A stretch of 63,230 nucleotides of DNA, the filler included, from Chiloscyllium plagiosum (Eukaryota), in the NCBI RefSeq assembly GCF_004010195.1. It is 8 parts of 8 records of this genome, joined end to end, with 100 filler letters (N's around TTAATTAATTAA, not from the genome) between each part and the next. Parts side by side here need not be neighbours in the genome. Positions count along the whole stretch, not along the records: positions 36,053 to 50,413 come from NC_057717.1; positions 50,514 to 57,360 come from NW_025200888.1; 6 more parts are not named here. One strand, 5' to 3'. The notes beneath the pieces are model-generated. The model was not told the DNA's origin and did no database searches. It saw nothing but the letters and a program-made list of their open reading frames with translations. Position 1 is the first letter of the stretch; the number at the start of each line of letters is the position of its first letter. Shown here in pieces: positions 39,590 to 52,823 of the stretch. The position numbers and the translations under genes were made by a program.

Positions 39590-40990
39590 AACAAAGAACC
39601 ATCCAGGGCATAAGCAAGTCCTTCGGCCCTCTAAACCTGTGCCAACACATTTTGCCCTCCAATGCAAAAACTGTCTTCACTTCCACAATCTGTATCCCTC
39701 TATTCCCCTCTTATACATGAATTCATCTAGGTACTTCGTGTATGCTGGTATTGTGTCTGCTTACACCACCTCCTCTGGCAGCGTGTTACAGACACTTGCC
39801 ACCCTTTCTGTGAAAGACATGCCTCGGCAAACTCCTTTAAACTTCACCCACATCCCCTGACCTTGAATCTGTGTTACCTAGTAATTACCATCGACACTCT
39901 TGGGACAGCCCTTGCACTTGACATCTCATCAGTGCCATTCGCAACCTTTTAAACTTTTGTCAGTTCGCCCTTCAACCTACTGTGTTCCACTGAAAACAAA
40001 TCCAGTCTATCTAACCCTTCTTCATAGCTAAAATACCCCATCCCAGGCAACATGCTGGTAAATATTTGCTGTAGCCCTTCCAAAGCATCTGCATTCTTCT
40101 GGTTGTGTGGCGACCAGAGCTCTATGCTATATTCCAAGCGTGGCTTCATAAAGTTTTTATAATATTGCAACATAACTTGCCCAACCTGATACTTAGTACA
40201 CGTTCCAATAAAGGCAAGCATAGACCTTTCTTACTACTTTATCTACCTGTGCTGCCACCTTCAATGATTTGTGAATCTCCACGCCTAGTTCCCTCAGCAT
40301 GTCAATACTTTAAGGGTACTGCCATTCCGTGTATAATTTCCACCTGTACATGACCTTCCAAAATGCATCAACTCATATTTGTAACAATTAAACTCCATCT
40401 GCTATTTTTGTCCATGCCTCCAACTGTTCTATAGCCTGCTCTATCCTCTGACAATCCTCCCCACTATCCACAATTTCAGACGTGTTTGTATCGTTCACAA
40501 ACTAATTAATTATACCAGCCACGTTTTCGTCCAAATCATCTATGTACATCACGAACAGCAGAGGTCCCAGCGCTGAAACCTGTGGAACAGCACGAGTCAC
40601 AGACTTCCATTCCGAAAAACGTCCTTCCACAGCTACACTCTGTCTTCTAATACGATGTCAGTTCTGCAGCATCTTGCCAGCCCACCCCGATAACATGCGA
40701 CTCTACCTTATGCACCAATCTGTCATGAGGGATCTTGTTGAAGGCTTCACTGAAGTCCATGCAGACAACATCAACCAGTGTTCTCTCATCATCCATCTTT
40801 GTCACCTGCTCAAAAAGCTCGATCAACTTAGCAAGGCCCGCCTTCCCCCGCACAAAACATTGCTGTCTATTGCTAATAAGTTGATTGCCTTCTAAATGCA
40901 TATAGATCGTGCTCATGAGAACCTTTTGCAATAATTTGTCTATCAGCTACTTGAGGCTCACAGGCCTATAATTTCCTGGTAGCTGTGAGA
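39590..40990 (-). mobile_element. CR1 LINE ORF2 fragment
   Basis: VDVVCMDFSEAFNKIPHDRLVHK; KPRLEYSIELWSP. Confidence 0.8.
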
Positions 40991-41765
40991 ATTATTAATT
41001 GCGGAGGTGCAGCTTCTTAACGATAACGAGCACCAAGTTGTGAAACTGAAGCCATCTTCAATGGTATGAATGTAGAACAGTACAGCGCTATAATAAGCCC
41101 TTTGATCCAATATATATGTGTAAACATGATACCTTTCTAACCTAATCTCATCTACCTGTATATTGCCCATATCCCTCCATTCCCAGCTTAATCATGTGTC
41201 TGTCTACTTTTCTCTTAAGCTTTGGTGTTGTCTGCTTATACCACCTCCCCTGACAAAGCATTCCAGGCACTCACCATCGTCTCTGTCAAACCAAAATTCT
41301 TTGCCCATCTCGTTCATCTCCTTTAAACTTTACCTTATTGACGAGTAAAACAAATGCATAGTTAACATTTTTAAGTCAGTGATATCTGTTTGAAGTTCCA
41401 ACTTGCAATGATATCTTGTAGCACATGTCAATGTATACAAACAATAGGGTATATTCTGAAAAGGACACGAAGGATTATCTCTGAGAAGTAAAATGTGAGG
41501 CCGAAAGTATAGAACTATAAGTGCACATTTTTGCGTTTCGAGAAATGTTGACCGTTATCCACTCCAGGAGGCAAAGTGGAATTTGGATTTGACACAAATA
41601 ATGCTTGTAACTGAGGATAAAATCCGAGCAGGGAATAAAATTAGGATCTGTGTGGCAAGGAATCAGCAACACATGGAGAATATTACAAATTCATTCTCTG
41701 CTGTACACTTCAACGATTTCAGTGTTTTTTTATCTTACTACGTTTGCATAATTTAGTTGTCTCTG

Positions 41766-41768
41766 ACA

Positions 41769-41800
<32 letters not shown>

Positions 41801-41830
41801 TCTCACAGTCTCACAGTCTATCTCACAGTC
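41766..41830. repeat. (CA)n microsatellite and CACAGTCT repeats
   Basis: Direct reading. Confidence 0.9.
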
Positions 41831-41869
41831 ACTTTCCAGCATTCTACTTGTTTATTCCTTTTCCAGCAG

Positions 41870-41905
41870 GCTACGAAATTACTCCCCATCGCCAGCTACG
41901 TTTCG
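41870..41905 (+). CDS. Possible 36-nt stalk exon (GYEITPHRQLRF)
   Basis: Pyrimidine tract + CAG acceptor, weak GTGTGT donor, phase 1-1, 81-nt intron to the TM exon. Confidence 0.4.
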
Positions 41906-41986
41906 GTGTGTCTCCATCTGTTTTCTACAACTGCGTATTGGTGCAGATTATATACTTTTAAGAGCTCTTGATTTTTTTTTCTTCAG

Positions 41987-42100
41987 AGGCTCCGCATAGC
42001 ATTTGCCTTTTAAATCTTTATGGGAGTGCATTAGCGATTATTTTCCTCCTTGCTATATTGACTATTATCACGGGATGGAGATACAGGAATCGCCATTCAG
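41987..42100 (+). CDS. Transmembrane exon of the IgSF receptor
   Basis: Poly-T CTTCAG acceptor and GTATGG donor, phase 1-1; EAPHSICLLNLYGSALAIIFLLAILTIITGWRYRNRHS. Confidence 0.8.
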
Positions 42101-42240
42101 GTATGGAATATTTTTTGGTGCTGTGAATGTATTCTGCTCTATATCCTTGTCTTTGTGTTATTGTGCTATAAAATTCTTGCACATAAATTAACCTGATAGA
42201 AGTCATATTTTATGGACTATTACGTTTCTCTTTATATCAG

Positions 42241-42278
42241 GAAACTGGAAAACTGCTGTGCTGAGACAAACACAAGAG
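42241..42278 (+). CDS. Cytoplasmic exon 1 (GNWKTAVLRQTQE)
   Basis: TATCAG acceptor and GTAAGG donor, phase 1 to 0. Confidence 0.7.
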
Positions 42279-42473
42279 GTAAGGGCTTCAAGTTCTTCTT
42301 TCTAATGACCTTAATTTTGTTTATTATTCATTCACTGGAAAAGGGAGTCGTTGGCTAGCCCAATATTTATTATCCAGAGGCCAGTTAAAAGCCACGCACA
42401 TTGTTGTAAGTCTGGAGTCACATATAAACCAGATCAGGTAAGGATGGATGTTTTCAATTCTAAAGGGCGTTAT

Positions 42474-43200
42474 ATTTTGATTTGATTCGATTTAGTACTG
42501 TCACTTGTACCGAGATAAAGTGAAAAATATTCTTTTAAACACTCTCAAGACAAATCATACTTTTCAGAAGTATATTAAGATAACAGAACAGAATTCAGAA
42601 TATAATATTTCAGCTACAGAGAAGGTGCAGAGACAGATCGATTCTAATATATGCGACGTCTGTTCATAAGTCTGATAATAGAGAAGAAGAGGCTGTTCTT
42701 AAGTCGGTTGGTAACTGTTAAAACGTTTTTGCATTTCTGTCCATGTGAAAAAGCGCAAGAGTAAAATGGTGGGGGTGGGGGTTCTTTGATTTTGTTGGCT
42801 CCTTTACCGAGGCAACGGGGACTACATATGAGGTCAATGGAAGGAAGACTGTTTTTCATAATGAACTCGCTCCGTTCACAATTCTATGTCACTCTTTGTG
42901 TTCTTGGATAAAGCAACTGACATGCCAAGCATCGTAACAGAATGTTCTCCATGGTGCATTTAGAATGTTCTCCATGGTACATTTACAAAAGTGGGTAAAG
43001 GTCATTGCGGACATGCCGAGTATCCTTAGCCTTGTGAGGAAATACAGGCATTTGGTGAGCTTTCTTGACTGTAGAGATGTAACAAGACTGCTGGTGAGAG
43101 TTATTCACAGTAACTAGAATCTCTCGAACACCTCCATCTGAGCAACATTGAGACGGACAGTGGCGTGTTTCCCACTTCTTGAAGTGAACCAAGGGGTTAT
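42474..43200 (-). mobile_element. Rex1/Babar-like LINE 3' end
   Basis: (TTTGA)n-type tail, GTCACTTGTACCGAGATAAAGTGAAAA 3' UTR, TNRLKNS and TVKKAHQ remnants. Confidence 0.6.
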
Positions 43201-46200
43201 TTGTCCAACAATTGGGTTGGATACATTGTCATCATTTCAGAGTTTTATTGAATTCACATCCCACAATCTGACATGGGGGTGGGGTTGGAATTTGAACTCA
43301 GTCAGGACATTACATTTGTTTCCAGAGTAATAGTCGAGTGACAATACCATCATGCCATCACCTCACTCAAACTGGTGAGATGTCTTTTATTTGGCTTTAT
43401 CAATTAATGTTTAATGTCTAAGGCTCCAGAAATCTAGAGGCATATTAAAAGTTAACACTGGAAAGCAGCCTTTTTTTTTTTGCTATTTTTTCCAATTTCT
43501 TCAAGCGTTGTGAGAATCTCTTGCTTAGTCACCATATAGAATATAATAGAATGAAACCGAAATGTATTTTCACGTGTATTTTTATATGAAAATATGGTGA
43601 AAATGCTTATAAGTCTCCCCAACATGGTATTTATGTCACTGACAGAAGTCATACAAAATAAGAAAAGCGTAAAATTATGCCAAAGTTCATCACAGTTTAG
43701 TTAACGGCTCTTAGGCTGGGGAGAAGCCAATTAAGGAACAATGGAATCTGAAGTCGCAAGCGTGAGGAGACTAAAATTCCAGCACATGATCACCATGCTG
43801 GGCCACTGAAATACTGGGCTGGAAGCCTCCACCAAAGGAGACTGCCAGGCCAGCCCTTCACTGCAAATCCTGGACGAGACCGCCACTCCTGGACGAGACT
43901 GCCTGTCATGCTGTTGGAATATCTGGACGCCAAAGACAAAGACCACCTCCACAGAGGGACGAGACGTCCACGCCAGGACATCCTGTTCCTTGGATACTGC
44001 CTGACCTGCTGTGCTTTTCCATCAACACATTTTCAGCTCATTTTTTTTTTATCGTCTTGCACTCTTAGCCATTTTAGAGGAACCGGTTCTTTATGGTTCA
44101 GGAGCCTATGACATGGAATGCTTTGATAGTGTCCAGCTCTTCGTATATTGTTAGAATTTTGGCATTTAAAAATTTGTGCCTCGTGAATCGTGCACAGGCT
44201 TTTCTGAGAAGGTCGAGTAAAACTCAATGCACGATTCCAGGTTTTGGATTTGATCTTTTAGCCACAGTAAATATATGACAAGTGCAGCCTATTTTCTTGT
44301 TATTGATAAATCCCCAGAATGGTGATAGTGGGTGTTCAGTGATGGTAATGGTATGAATCTCAAGACTGTATTTTTCCTTCTGGAGATGATAAATGCCAGA
44401 CAGTTGTAGCATGAATGTTACTTGTCAATTTTATCAAGGACTTGTTGCGCTTGGTCATGGACAATTTCAGTGTTTTAGGAGTCGCAAATTTGCTGAATCT
44501 TGTTATGTCATGAGCAAATATTCCAACTTCTAACTTCATAATGGTCACAAAGTCATGAAGAAGTAGCTGAAGACGGTGGGCCAAGGATACTGCACTGTAA
44601 TGCTCAGTCAGAAATGTTCGAGTGGCATGGTGACTCAGTGATTAGCAGAGCTGCCTCACTGTACCAGGTACTAGGGTTAGACTTTCACTTGTCCGCTCCA
44701 CCCTCCACTCTGACCTATCACCATCACCCCCACCCCCCTGCATCTACCTATCACCTTCCAAGGTACATTCAACCCAGCCTCACATCCCCCACTTATTTCT
44801 CAGCCCTCTTGCCTACCCGCTCACATTCCTGATGAAGGGATGATGTGCAAAACCTGACTCTCCAGCTCCTCAGCTGATGCCCGATCTGCTGTTCTTTTCT
44901 ACTCTTTCGACTCTTTCCTCCCATAGTGCAAAGATGCGCAATTTAGTTTCATTGGCCGTGATAAGTTACCCATAGTTAAGGAACGTATGGATTACATGAC
45001 TTAGCCATGAGAAAAGCACAGTTTGGATGCTATTCTCTTTGGAGGGTTGGTAGGGACACATGAGTGAAATGTAGGGAGTTTATGTTCTGGAGCTAAGGTA
45101 ACTGATAAATACGATTAAACCACATGTAGTCCAGGATAACTTGTAAATTGATGCAAAAGAAGGGCCACAGGTTGTAGGTGTGGCTGAAGGGCCGTGACAG
45201 TTGTGTGTCATATCAATCAGTTTGTCTGTCTTCTTGTTTGTTATGTATACATAAACGATGTAAATGAGAATCTGAATGGGGTTCAGAGAATGAAAGTTAA
45301 CTTTGTGGAAGACACAAAGATTGGTCAGGTGGTTGACAGTGAGGAGGAATCAGTTAGGTTACAGGAGGATGTAAGCAAGCGTAAATCATTGCAGCTGGAA
45401 TATAACTCTGATGAATGTGAGGTGATATACTTTGGTAGGAGTAACAGAACAAGGGAGTACTGAGTCATGCTGAAATCAGAGAAGAAAGGTCTTGCGATGC
45501 TTCTCCACAGATCCTTGAAGCTGGCACAACAGGCTAATAAGTAAGTTTTGAAATTGTGCAGACTCTTGCCCTTATCAGTCATGACATAGATTGAGAGATC
45601 GGGGATATTTTTGAAGGTGTACAAAACTTTGGTTAGAGCCCAGCTTGGACATTGTGTGCAGTTCTTTTTAATAGGAAGGATGTGATTGCAGTGGAAAATG
45701 TGCAGTTGGGAAGCCCCAAGATGTTCCCACGTCTTGAACATTTAGCTATGACTAGGCAATGAATAGACTTGTTTTCTGTTTTGCAACAGATGACTTGAGG
45801 GGAAACCTGGTAGTGGTATACCTGATTATGAGGTGCATAGATAGGATGGATAGAAGTCAGACTTTCTCCTGAGTTGGAGAGTCAATATCAAAAGGGTGCA
45901 CTTTCCATGAAAGACAGGAGATATATAAGGAATTTTGGATGGGGGTGCAACACCCAGAGAGCATTATGGGGGGGGGGGGGGGTGTAGGGAATGTTGAGGC
46001 AGGTAAACGTTAAAGTTTTAAAAGTACTTGAACTCATTACATCCAAGGTTATCAGCCAGGTGGGAGTAAATAAGAACTTGTATAGTTTTTATGATACAAA
46101 TTTGATGGGTTATAAAGGCCTTCCCTGTACTGTATGCCTTTAGGATTCTGTGAACAAAATGACGCACGTTTGGCAGTGGAAATCTAAAAATAATTCACCT

Positions 46201-46355
46201 TCGTTTTTATAATGTTGCCTTTTCATTTGAAACAGTTGCATATATGCAGATTAAAGAATCAGTTGTTATCTAATTGAATAGATGTTCGGAACATTAAATG
46301 AACGAATACAACCTATATATTTCCACAAGCACAATGATCTTTTTTCCTTCCTCAG

Positions 46356-46400
46356 ACTGTCTATGCTGATTTGGCTTTTACAGCGGATCCGACATTCTAA
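46356..46400 (+). CDS. Terminal cytoplasmic exon with ITIM/ITSM-like TVYADL
   Basis: TTTTTCCTTCCTCAG acceptor, phase 0; TVYADLAFTADPTF*. Confidence 0.65.
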   Translation, partial: TVYADLAFTADPTF

Positions 46401-47199
46401 TGGAAAAAAAGAAGGAAGTATTTGTATGCATATTTAAATGAAAAAAGACTTTTACTAAACCCATGCCAAAATTCATGTATTTGTTCCATAGCCCTGTATC
46501 ATACTTTTATTCAACATGTCGTCCAATTAATTTTTATGTGTGATTTTATTTTCTGTCACGATAAGCGTGTCAAGAATTGAGCTCCAAGTCTTTACCACGA
46601 TCACATGATATGCTTTACTTTTGCACCGTCCAAAGCATTCTATCTATTCCGAAGTTTGTGCTTACTGTCTCGACCCTTCTGGCATTTTAAATACTTTGAT
46701 CAAACTGAGAACATCACAACACAGTATAATGGCATGCATGCCAATTAGCTAGCTACTCACCTTCGATTCTCTCAAGGCGTACAAGCACATAAAATGTTTC
46801 TTCATGCAATAACTATTTTCGTCTTCCTACCTGCAAATACGGAAGGTTCCTCTGCTCCACACCAAGGCCAATCGACTTCATTTTTTTGTAAAAGCTCATC
46901 TGACCTTGAATCCACTTCCTTTCTTCATACCAATGACATTTGAACCTATTGCTAATCAGTGTGCCTTCTAAATCAACCTCATATATATTCAATGATCCAA
47001 ACTCAAGTTATTTTTATGATAACGAGTGCGAGGCATAAACATCAAGTTGCAGCATATAGGTAATAGTCGTAGGTAATATGATTTTTTGTTTTTTTATTTC
47101 TAACCCTTGCTTAATATTGAAGTGCCATCTGGCGTTTTAATCACTATTGACCTGGCAGATTGCTTTCAATCATCCATTGTAATCCACATAGACATCAGT

Positions 47200-47680
47200 T
47201 CATACCATTCTTCAATTCTCTTGAGCACACTCTGTTTCACTTCCTGGAATGCAAACTATCCGGGGAAGAATGCCTCATCTTCTGCCATGGGACCCTTCAA
47301 CCACATGACATCAATATCACCTTCACTTGTTTCCAAATCTCCCCTCTTGCACCTCATCGCAGATCCAAACCTCCAACTCTGGACTGTGCTCTTGACCTGT
47401 CCTACCTGTCGATCTTTCTCCCCCCCAACCGGTTCATCCCGACTGACCTCCACCTATATCCATCTATCACCTTCCCAACTAACGTATCCCATCCACACTC
47501 CAAGCAACCCCTCCCCCATTTATCCCTTATCACCCTTCCACCTCCATATTTCTGATGAAGGGGTATTGCCCGAAACGCCGATTCTGCAGCTCCCCGGATG
47601 CTGCCTGACTTGCTCTGCTTTTCCAGTGCCACCCTTTTCGTCTCTGACACTCAATCATCTGCAGTCCACACTTTCTCCTA
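47200..47680 (+). mobile_element. Penelope-like element 3' end with terminal repeat
   Basis: ECKLSGEECLIFCHGTLQPHDINI (end of GIY-YIG region); CTGATGAAGGGGTATTGCCCGAAAC at 47552. Confidence 0.7.
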
Positions 47681-47916
47681 ATTTCTGGGTTCATGTAAAC
47701 TTTTCAGTTTCTATCTTTCAGACACTCTGTAACTTCCACTCTATATTATGACTCAAATTACCAATGTCAGGGATCATTCCCATTCCACCCAGAATAGGCA
47801 TTCTTATTCCTTTTTATTTGAACCTAGATAAGTAATGCATATTTCTAATAGCAGGTAATGGAGCCTTAGGCCTGAGGACCCAAATGCTTCTAAGGCTGAT
47901 GAGATTTAGTTTGCAA

Positions 47917-49365
47917 TGTGTTATGGGCTAGGCCAGACCTTTCAAGACATTCTTGAGAAGACAACCCAGATCTTAGCTTTGCAATTTGCTTCGGTAAGTG
48001 TACAGTGGAAGTTACCCAGTGTACGCTAGCTAGGTTGACTACCAGGGTTTGAAACTGACAAAAGATGTATGCACAAAACTACACAATGAAACAAAAAGAA
48101 CAGAATGAAGAGCTCTTACAGAACTCAGTCGATCCAAACGAGACTTAATTATGCTGTTCCAAATATGCACAACAGTCCCAAAAAGCAAACCCCCTTAAAG
48201 CACTTTTTTAGGTTATCAAATGTTTTTTCCTTGCTATCCACAGAAACCTCTTCCGCCTTTTTAACTAGTTGATGAGTGAAGCAGCCACATGGCTAAAGGT
48301 TGGCACAAACCTTTGGTAAAATTCACTCAACCCCAGAAACTGTAGGGTTTTTTTTTTGTTTACGGTGTGGGAAATTCCCCAATTACTTTCGCTTTCACAT
48401 CCCATGGGACCATTCGTCTTTGTCCAGGAATGGCCCAGAAATTCACTTTTAACTAGGTTTACCATCAAGTCTGCCTTTTGCACTCGATCAAACAAGTCTG
48501 ATAAATGCTGTGAATGCTTCTTCCATGAGTGACTAAAATCACCAAGTCATCAATATACACCACACAGTTGGTTAATCCGGCAAATACCTTATTAGTCAGT
48601 CTCTGAAATGTGGGAGGAGCATTTTTCATACGAAATAGGATGGCTTTGAACTGATATAGTCCATTTGGCGTTACGAAAGCCGAAATTGCCTTTGCTCTCT
48701 CTGGCAGCGATACTTGCCAGTAGCGTCTGAACAAGTCCAATTTAGAAATATAAGCTGTTTGTCCCACTTTTTTAAACACAGCCCTCCAACTGTAGAATTG
48801 GATATGCATCAGTCTTTGCAACAGTGTTTACTTTGTGATCGTCCACACAGAACTGTTGGGTACCATGTGGCTTTGGCACCATGACTGTGGGTGAGCTCCA
48901 GTCACTAACTCATTTCGATTGTGTCGTCTTAGAGCACGTGCTCTATCTCCTTCAGAACATGTGCCAGCTTTAGAGAGTTATGCCTGTAAGGATGTCGCTT
49001 AATCGGAACAGCATCTCCGATATCTACATCATGCACAGTTGGGTTACAATTTCTCCGTTTATTTCCGTATATCTTCCCATGTAATAGTAATAACTGTTTC
49101 AGGTCATTTCGATTTTCTTGTGGAAGGTAACTCAATAATGTATCCCAATTTTTGACAACTATCTCATTGTCCAATTTGACTTGAGGAATGTCCAATTCAG
49201 AATCTGAACTTGGTTCTTCCTTCTGTGTTGTAATCATGAACACCTTCGACTCTTGCTTTCCTTCCCTATCAAAATCTCTTTTGAGCATATTCACTTGACA
49301 TACTCTGTGAGATTTCTTCCTATCTGGAGTAATGATCAACTAGTTTACCTCACTCAATTCCAGAA
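47917..49365 (-). mobile_element. Gypsy (Gmr1-like) fragment: IN C-terminus, RT and probable LTR
   Basis: TPDRKKSHRVCQVNMLK upstream of PIKRHPYR, SAFVTPNGLYQF, VVYIDDLV. Confidence 0.75.
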
Positions 49366-49404
49366 AATGTTTGGCGACTGAAAGAGCCATTGATATCCCA
49401 GGTT

Positions 49405-50413
49405 TTAGAACATAGAACATAGAAAAATACAGCGCAGTACAGGCCCTTTGGCCCTCGATGTTACACCGATCCAAGCCCACCTAACCTACACTAGCCCACT
49501 ATCCTCCATATGCCTATCCAATGCCCGTTTAAATGCCAATAAAGAGGGAGAGTCCACCATTGCTACTGGCAGGGCATTCCATGAACTCACAACTCGCTGA
49601 GTAAAGAATCCACCCCTAACGTCTGTCCTATACCTACCACCCCTTAATTTAAAGCTATGCCTCCTCGTAATAGCTGACTCCATACGTGGAAAAAGGTTCT
49701 CATGGTCAACCCTATCTAAACCCCTAACCATCTTGTACACCTCTATCAAGTCACCCCTAAACCTTCTTTTCTCCAATGAAAACAGCCCCAAGTGCCTCAG
49801 CCTTTCCTCATACGATCTTCCTACCATGTCAGGCAATATCCTTAAGGAATTCAATAAGGTTTGTGAGGCACTACCTGCCCTTCTCTGCACCCGTTCCAGT
49901 GCCTCCACATCCTTCCTATAGTATGGCGACTAAAACTGCATACAATACTCCAGATGCGGCCGCACCAGAGTCTTATACAACTGCAACATGACCTCAGGGC
50001 TCCGGAACTCAATTCCTCTACCAATAAAAGACAGTACGCCATATGCCTCCTTCACCACACTATTTACCTGGGTGGCAACTTTCAGAGATCTGTGTACATG
50101 GACACCAAGATCCCTCTGCTCATCCACACTACCAAGTATCCGACCATTAGCCCAGTACCCCATCTTTTTGTTACTCTTACCAAAGTGAATCACCTCACAC
50201 TTAGCTACATTGAATTCCATTTGCCACCTTTCTGCCCAGCTCTGCAGCTTCTCTATATCCTGCTGTAACCTGCCACATCCTCCCTCACTGTCAACAACTC
50301 CTCCGACTTTCGTATCATCCGCAAACTTGCTCACCCAACCTTCTAACCCCTCTTCCAGGTCATTTATAAAAATGACAAACAGCAATGGTCCCAAAACAGA
50401 TCCGTGCGGAACA
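49405..50413 (-). mobile_element. Well-preserved CR1 3' portion
   Basis: GPLLFVIFINDL, SKFADDTK, LVRPHLEYC; TATGTTCT tail. Confidence 0.9.
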
Positions 50414-50513
50414 NNNNNNNNNNNNNNNNNNNNNNNNNNNNNNNNNNNNNNNNNNNNTTAATTAATTAANNNNNNNNNNNNNNNNNNNNNNNNNNNNNNN
50501 NNNNNNNNNNNNN

Positions 50514-51212
50514 TGTAGGTGACAGTCGGCCAGCAGGAGGCAGTGCTCAGAGAAGAACACCGGCTTGACGTCGGTGGATCTGACCGAGAACGTTCGGGAC
50601 ACAAACAGGTAATCTATCCTTGAGCGGATAGACCCGTCTGCCCATGACCATGTATATCTACGCTGCGCTCGGTCTGCAGGGGTGCTGAAGACGTCGTGCA
50701 GCTTGGCGTCTTTGACCGTGTCCATCAGGGCTCTGGACGTGGCGTCCAGTTTACTGTCCCCCCCGCCGGATCGATGATACAGTTGAAGTCTCCGGCCAGA
50801 ATGACCGGCCTGGATGTAGCCAGCAACAGTGGAGCTGTTGCAGGACGGCCAACCGTTCCCTCTTACCCACTGGGGCGTACACATTAATCAGTCTCAGGGG
50901 AGCGTTTCTGTAGGTAACATCAGCGACGAGGAGGCGCCCGCCCACCACCTCCTTAACCTCGGAGATGGTGAAGTTGCCTCCCCGTAACAGAATACCCAGG
51001 CCGGAGGCGCGGTTATCGTTACCCCCCGACCACACTGACGGCCCATGGGCCCACAAGCTCGACCATCTCCTGTAGCTGCTGAGGTGCGGTATCCCACATT
51101 CCTGCAGAAACAGGACATCAGCTTTCACGTTGGCCAGGAAGGCCAGTGTTGAAACACATCGCGCAGCAGATTTTATGCTGTGCACATTAATAGTTGCAAT
51201 TTTAAACCCCAT
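50514..51212 (-). pseudogene. Tx1/Keno ORF2 AP-endonuclease domain (frameshifted near 50830, truncated by the gap)
   Basis: MGFKIATINV, DVLFLQEC, LINVYAP, YTWS...SRIDYLFVS, SEH. Confidence 0.85.
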
Positions 51213-51216
51213 TTTG

Positions 51217-52665
51217 TTAACAGGTTGTAAGATTACCCATGTCCGATTGCTGCTGGTCCTGCCCCTCTGGGGTAGCTGTCTGCATCCCCGTGCAGTACGC
51301 AAACTGCTGGACCCTCGCGGGGCTGAGGTAGCTGTCCAGTTCCTCACTCGGCCCATTTGCCCGCTCCGGTGTCATCGGGCCGAGACCAGGGTCCACGCTG
51401 TCTGTTTCTATATCTGACAGCGGGGCTGTCAGAGGGTCGCTGCTCCCAGTGACCTGGAGCTGTGTGGCGGTGGGGCCCTCCTGGCTTTCACCTGGTGGGG
51501 GGTGGTGGTTTCCCATTTCCTCAGGAGGCTCGTCCCTTGGTTGGCAGTTGCCGCTCTCCTTTCTCCTCGCAGCGCTCTGCCTCTTCTTTTGGTGACGACC
51601 CTCCTTTCTTCCGTCCTCACCCTCCGAAGAGCTGTCCATGTCTTCCACCTGCAGCTGCCTTTTCCCCTTTTTCTGGGAGGTCTTGGTGACCGGGTGGGTT
51701 TTCCTCTTCCTGTTTTTCACCACGGTCCATTCCTCTGCCTCCTTCTTTCCCTTCTCCGCCTCCTCCTCCTGTCCTGTCGGAGCTTCGCTCGGCAGCTGTA
51801 CCTCTCCAGTAGCTGTCTGCTCTGCTCCGGCCTGTCCTTCCTGTTGCGTGCCTCCTGACACCATTCCTTTGCCGGTTTGCGGTGCCTTGCCGTCCTTTTT
51901 TGGCCCGCCTCCGGCCATCTGCGCGTAGGTGGCGGCCCCTCGTCTTGGGCAGGCCCTGTACACGTGGCCCGCCTCCCCGCACAGATTGCAGTTCTTTTCC
52001 TCCTTGCACTCTTTGGTCGGGTGGCCCTCCTTCTTGCAATTGCGACAGATCGTGACCTTGCAGTCCGCCGCCATGTGGCCTGACCTCCCACAGGTTCGGC
52101 ACACTTTCGGCTGCCCTGCATTAGTCAGGTACCCTCTGCTCCCTCCGATAGCAAAGCTGGAGGGTGGGTGGAGGATATTCCCGCTGGCATCGACCCTCAG
52201 GGTTACCTTGACCTGTCGTTTGCTGGTCCAGACCCCGAAAGGGTCAACCACGTCGGTGCTTTGACCCTCGACCTGCACATATCTTCCCAGGAACGTCAGG
52301 ACATCAGTTGCTGGCACGTAGGGGTTGTACATGTGGATTGTAACAACCCGGCTCCTCTGTGCAGGAAGCACACACAACGGGACCGCCGACAAGATGGAGA
52401 ACAGCGGCTCCCCTTCCTTTTCTTTGAAGACCTTCAGGAGCTGCTCACATTGCTTCACGCTCCCGAAGGTGACGTCGAAGTAGCCTGCCCCAGGGAAATC
52501 CTGCAGGCAGTACATGTCTGCTGCGGCAAATCCACAGCACTCGAACAACACCTTCTTGATGAACACCGTCCGATCGACTGGTGTACGCTCCTCCACCTTC
52601 TTGACAGACACCCGGACGGTGTTTCGAACCCCCTGCCCAGGGCTGCGCGCAGCTGTTGAGGCCAT
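51217..52665 (-). CDS. Tx1/Keno-type L1-clade ORF1p with CCHC zinc knuckles
   Basis: Open from MASTAARSPGQG; CRTCGRSGHMAADC, CRNCKKEGHPTKEC, CNLCGEAGHVYRAC. Confidence 0.85.
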   Translation of the reverse strand: MASTAARSPGQGVRNTVRVSVKKVEERTPVDRTVFIKKVLFECCGFAAADMYCLQDFPGAGYFDVTFGSVKQCEQLLKVFKEKEGEPLFSILSAVPLCVLPAQRSRVVTIHMYNPYVPATDVLTFLGRYVQVEGQSTDVVDPFGVWTSKRQVKVTLRVDASGNILHPPSSFAIGGSRGYLTNAGQPKVCRTCGRSGHMAADCKVTICRNCKKEGHPTKECKEEKNCNLCGEAGHVYRACPRRGAATYAQMAGGGPKKDGKAPQTGKGMVSGGTQQEGQAGAEQTATGEVQLPSEAPTGQEEEAEKGKKEAEEWTVVKNRKRKTHPVTKTSQKKGKRQLQVEDMDSSSEGEDGRKEGRHQKKRQSAARRKESGNCQPRDEPPEEMGNHHPPPGESQEGPTATQLQVTGSSDPLTAPLSDIETDSVDPGLGPMTPERANGPSEELDSYLSPARVQQFAYCTGMQTATPEGQDQQQSDMGNLTTC

Positions 52666-52823
52666 AGCTCTGAGGTTGGCTGGTCCCTGAATTGGCGTTA
52701 GGCCGAAGCCAGCATGAAGATCCACCAATAGCAGGTCAGCACAACCAGACGATCCTCCAACGTCCAATCACGATCCAGCAATGATCTCCACTAGCTCTGA
52801 TGACTCGCAACTCGACCCCTGTC

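Noticed and set aside
51217-52767. Host ZCCHC3 gene
   Set aside because: Directly followed by an AP-endonuclease ORF2 and preceded by a U2 fragment, so it is a retrotransposon ORF1.
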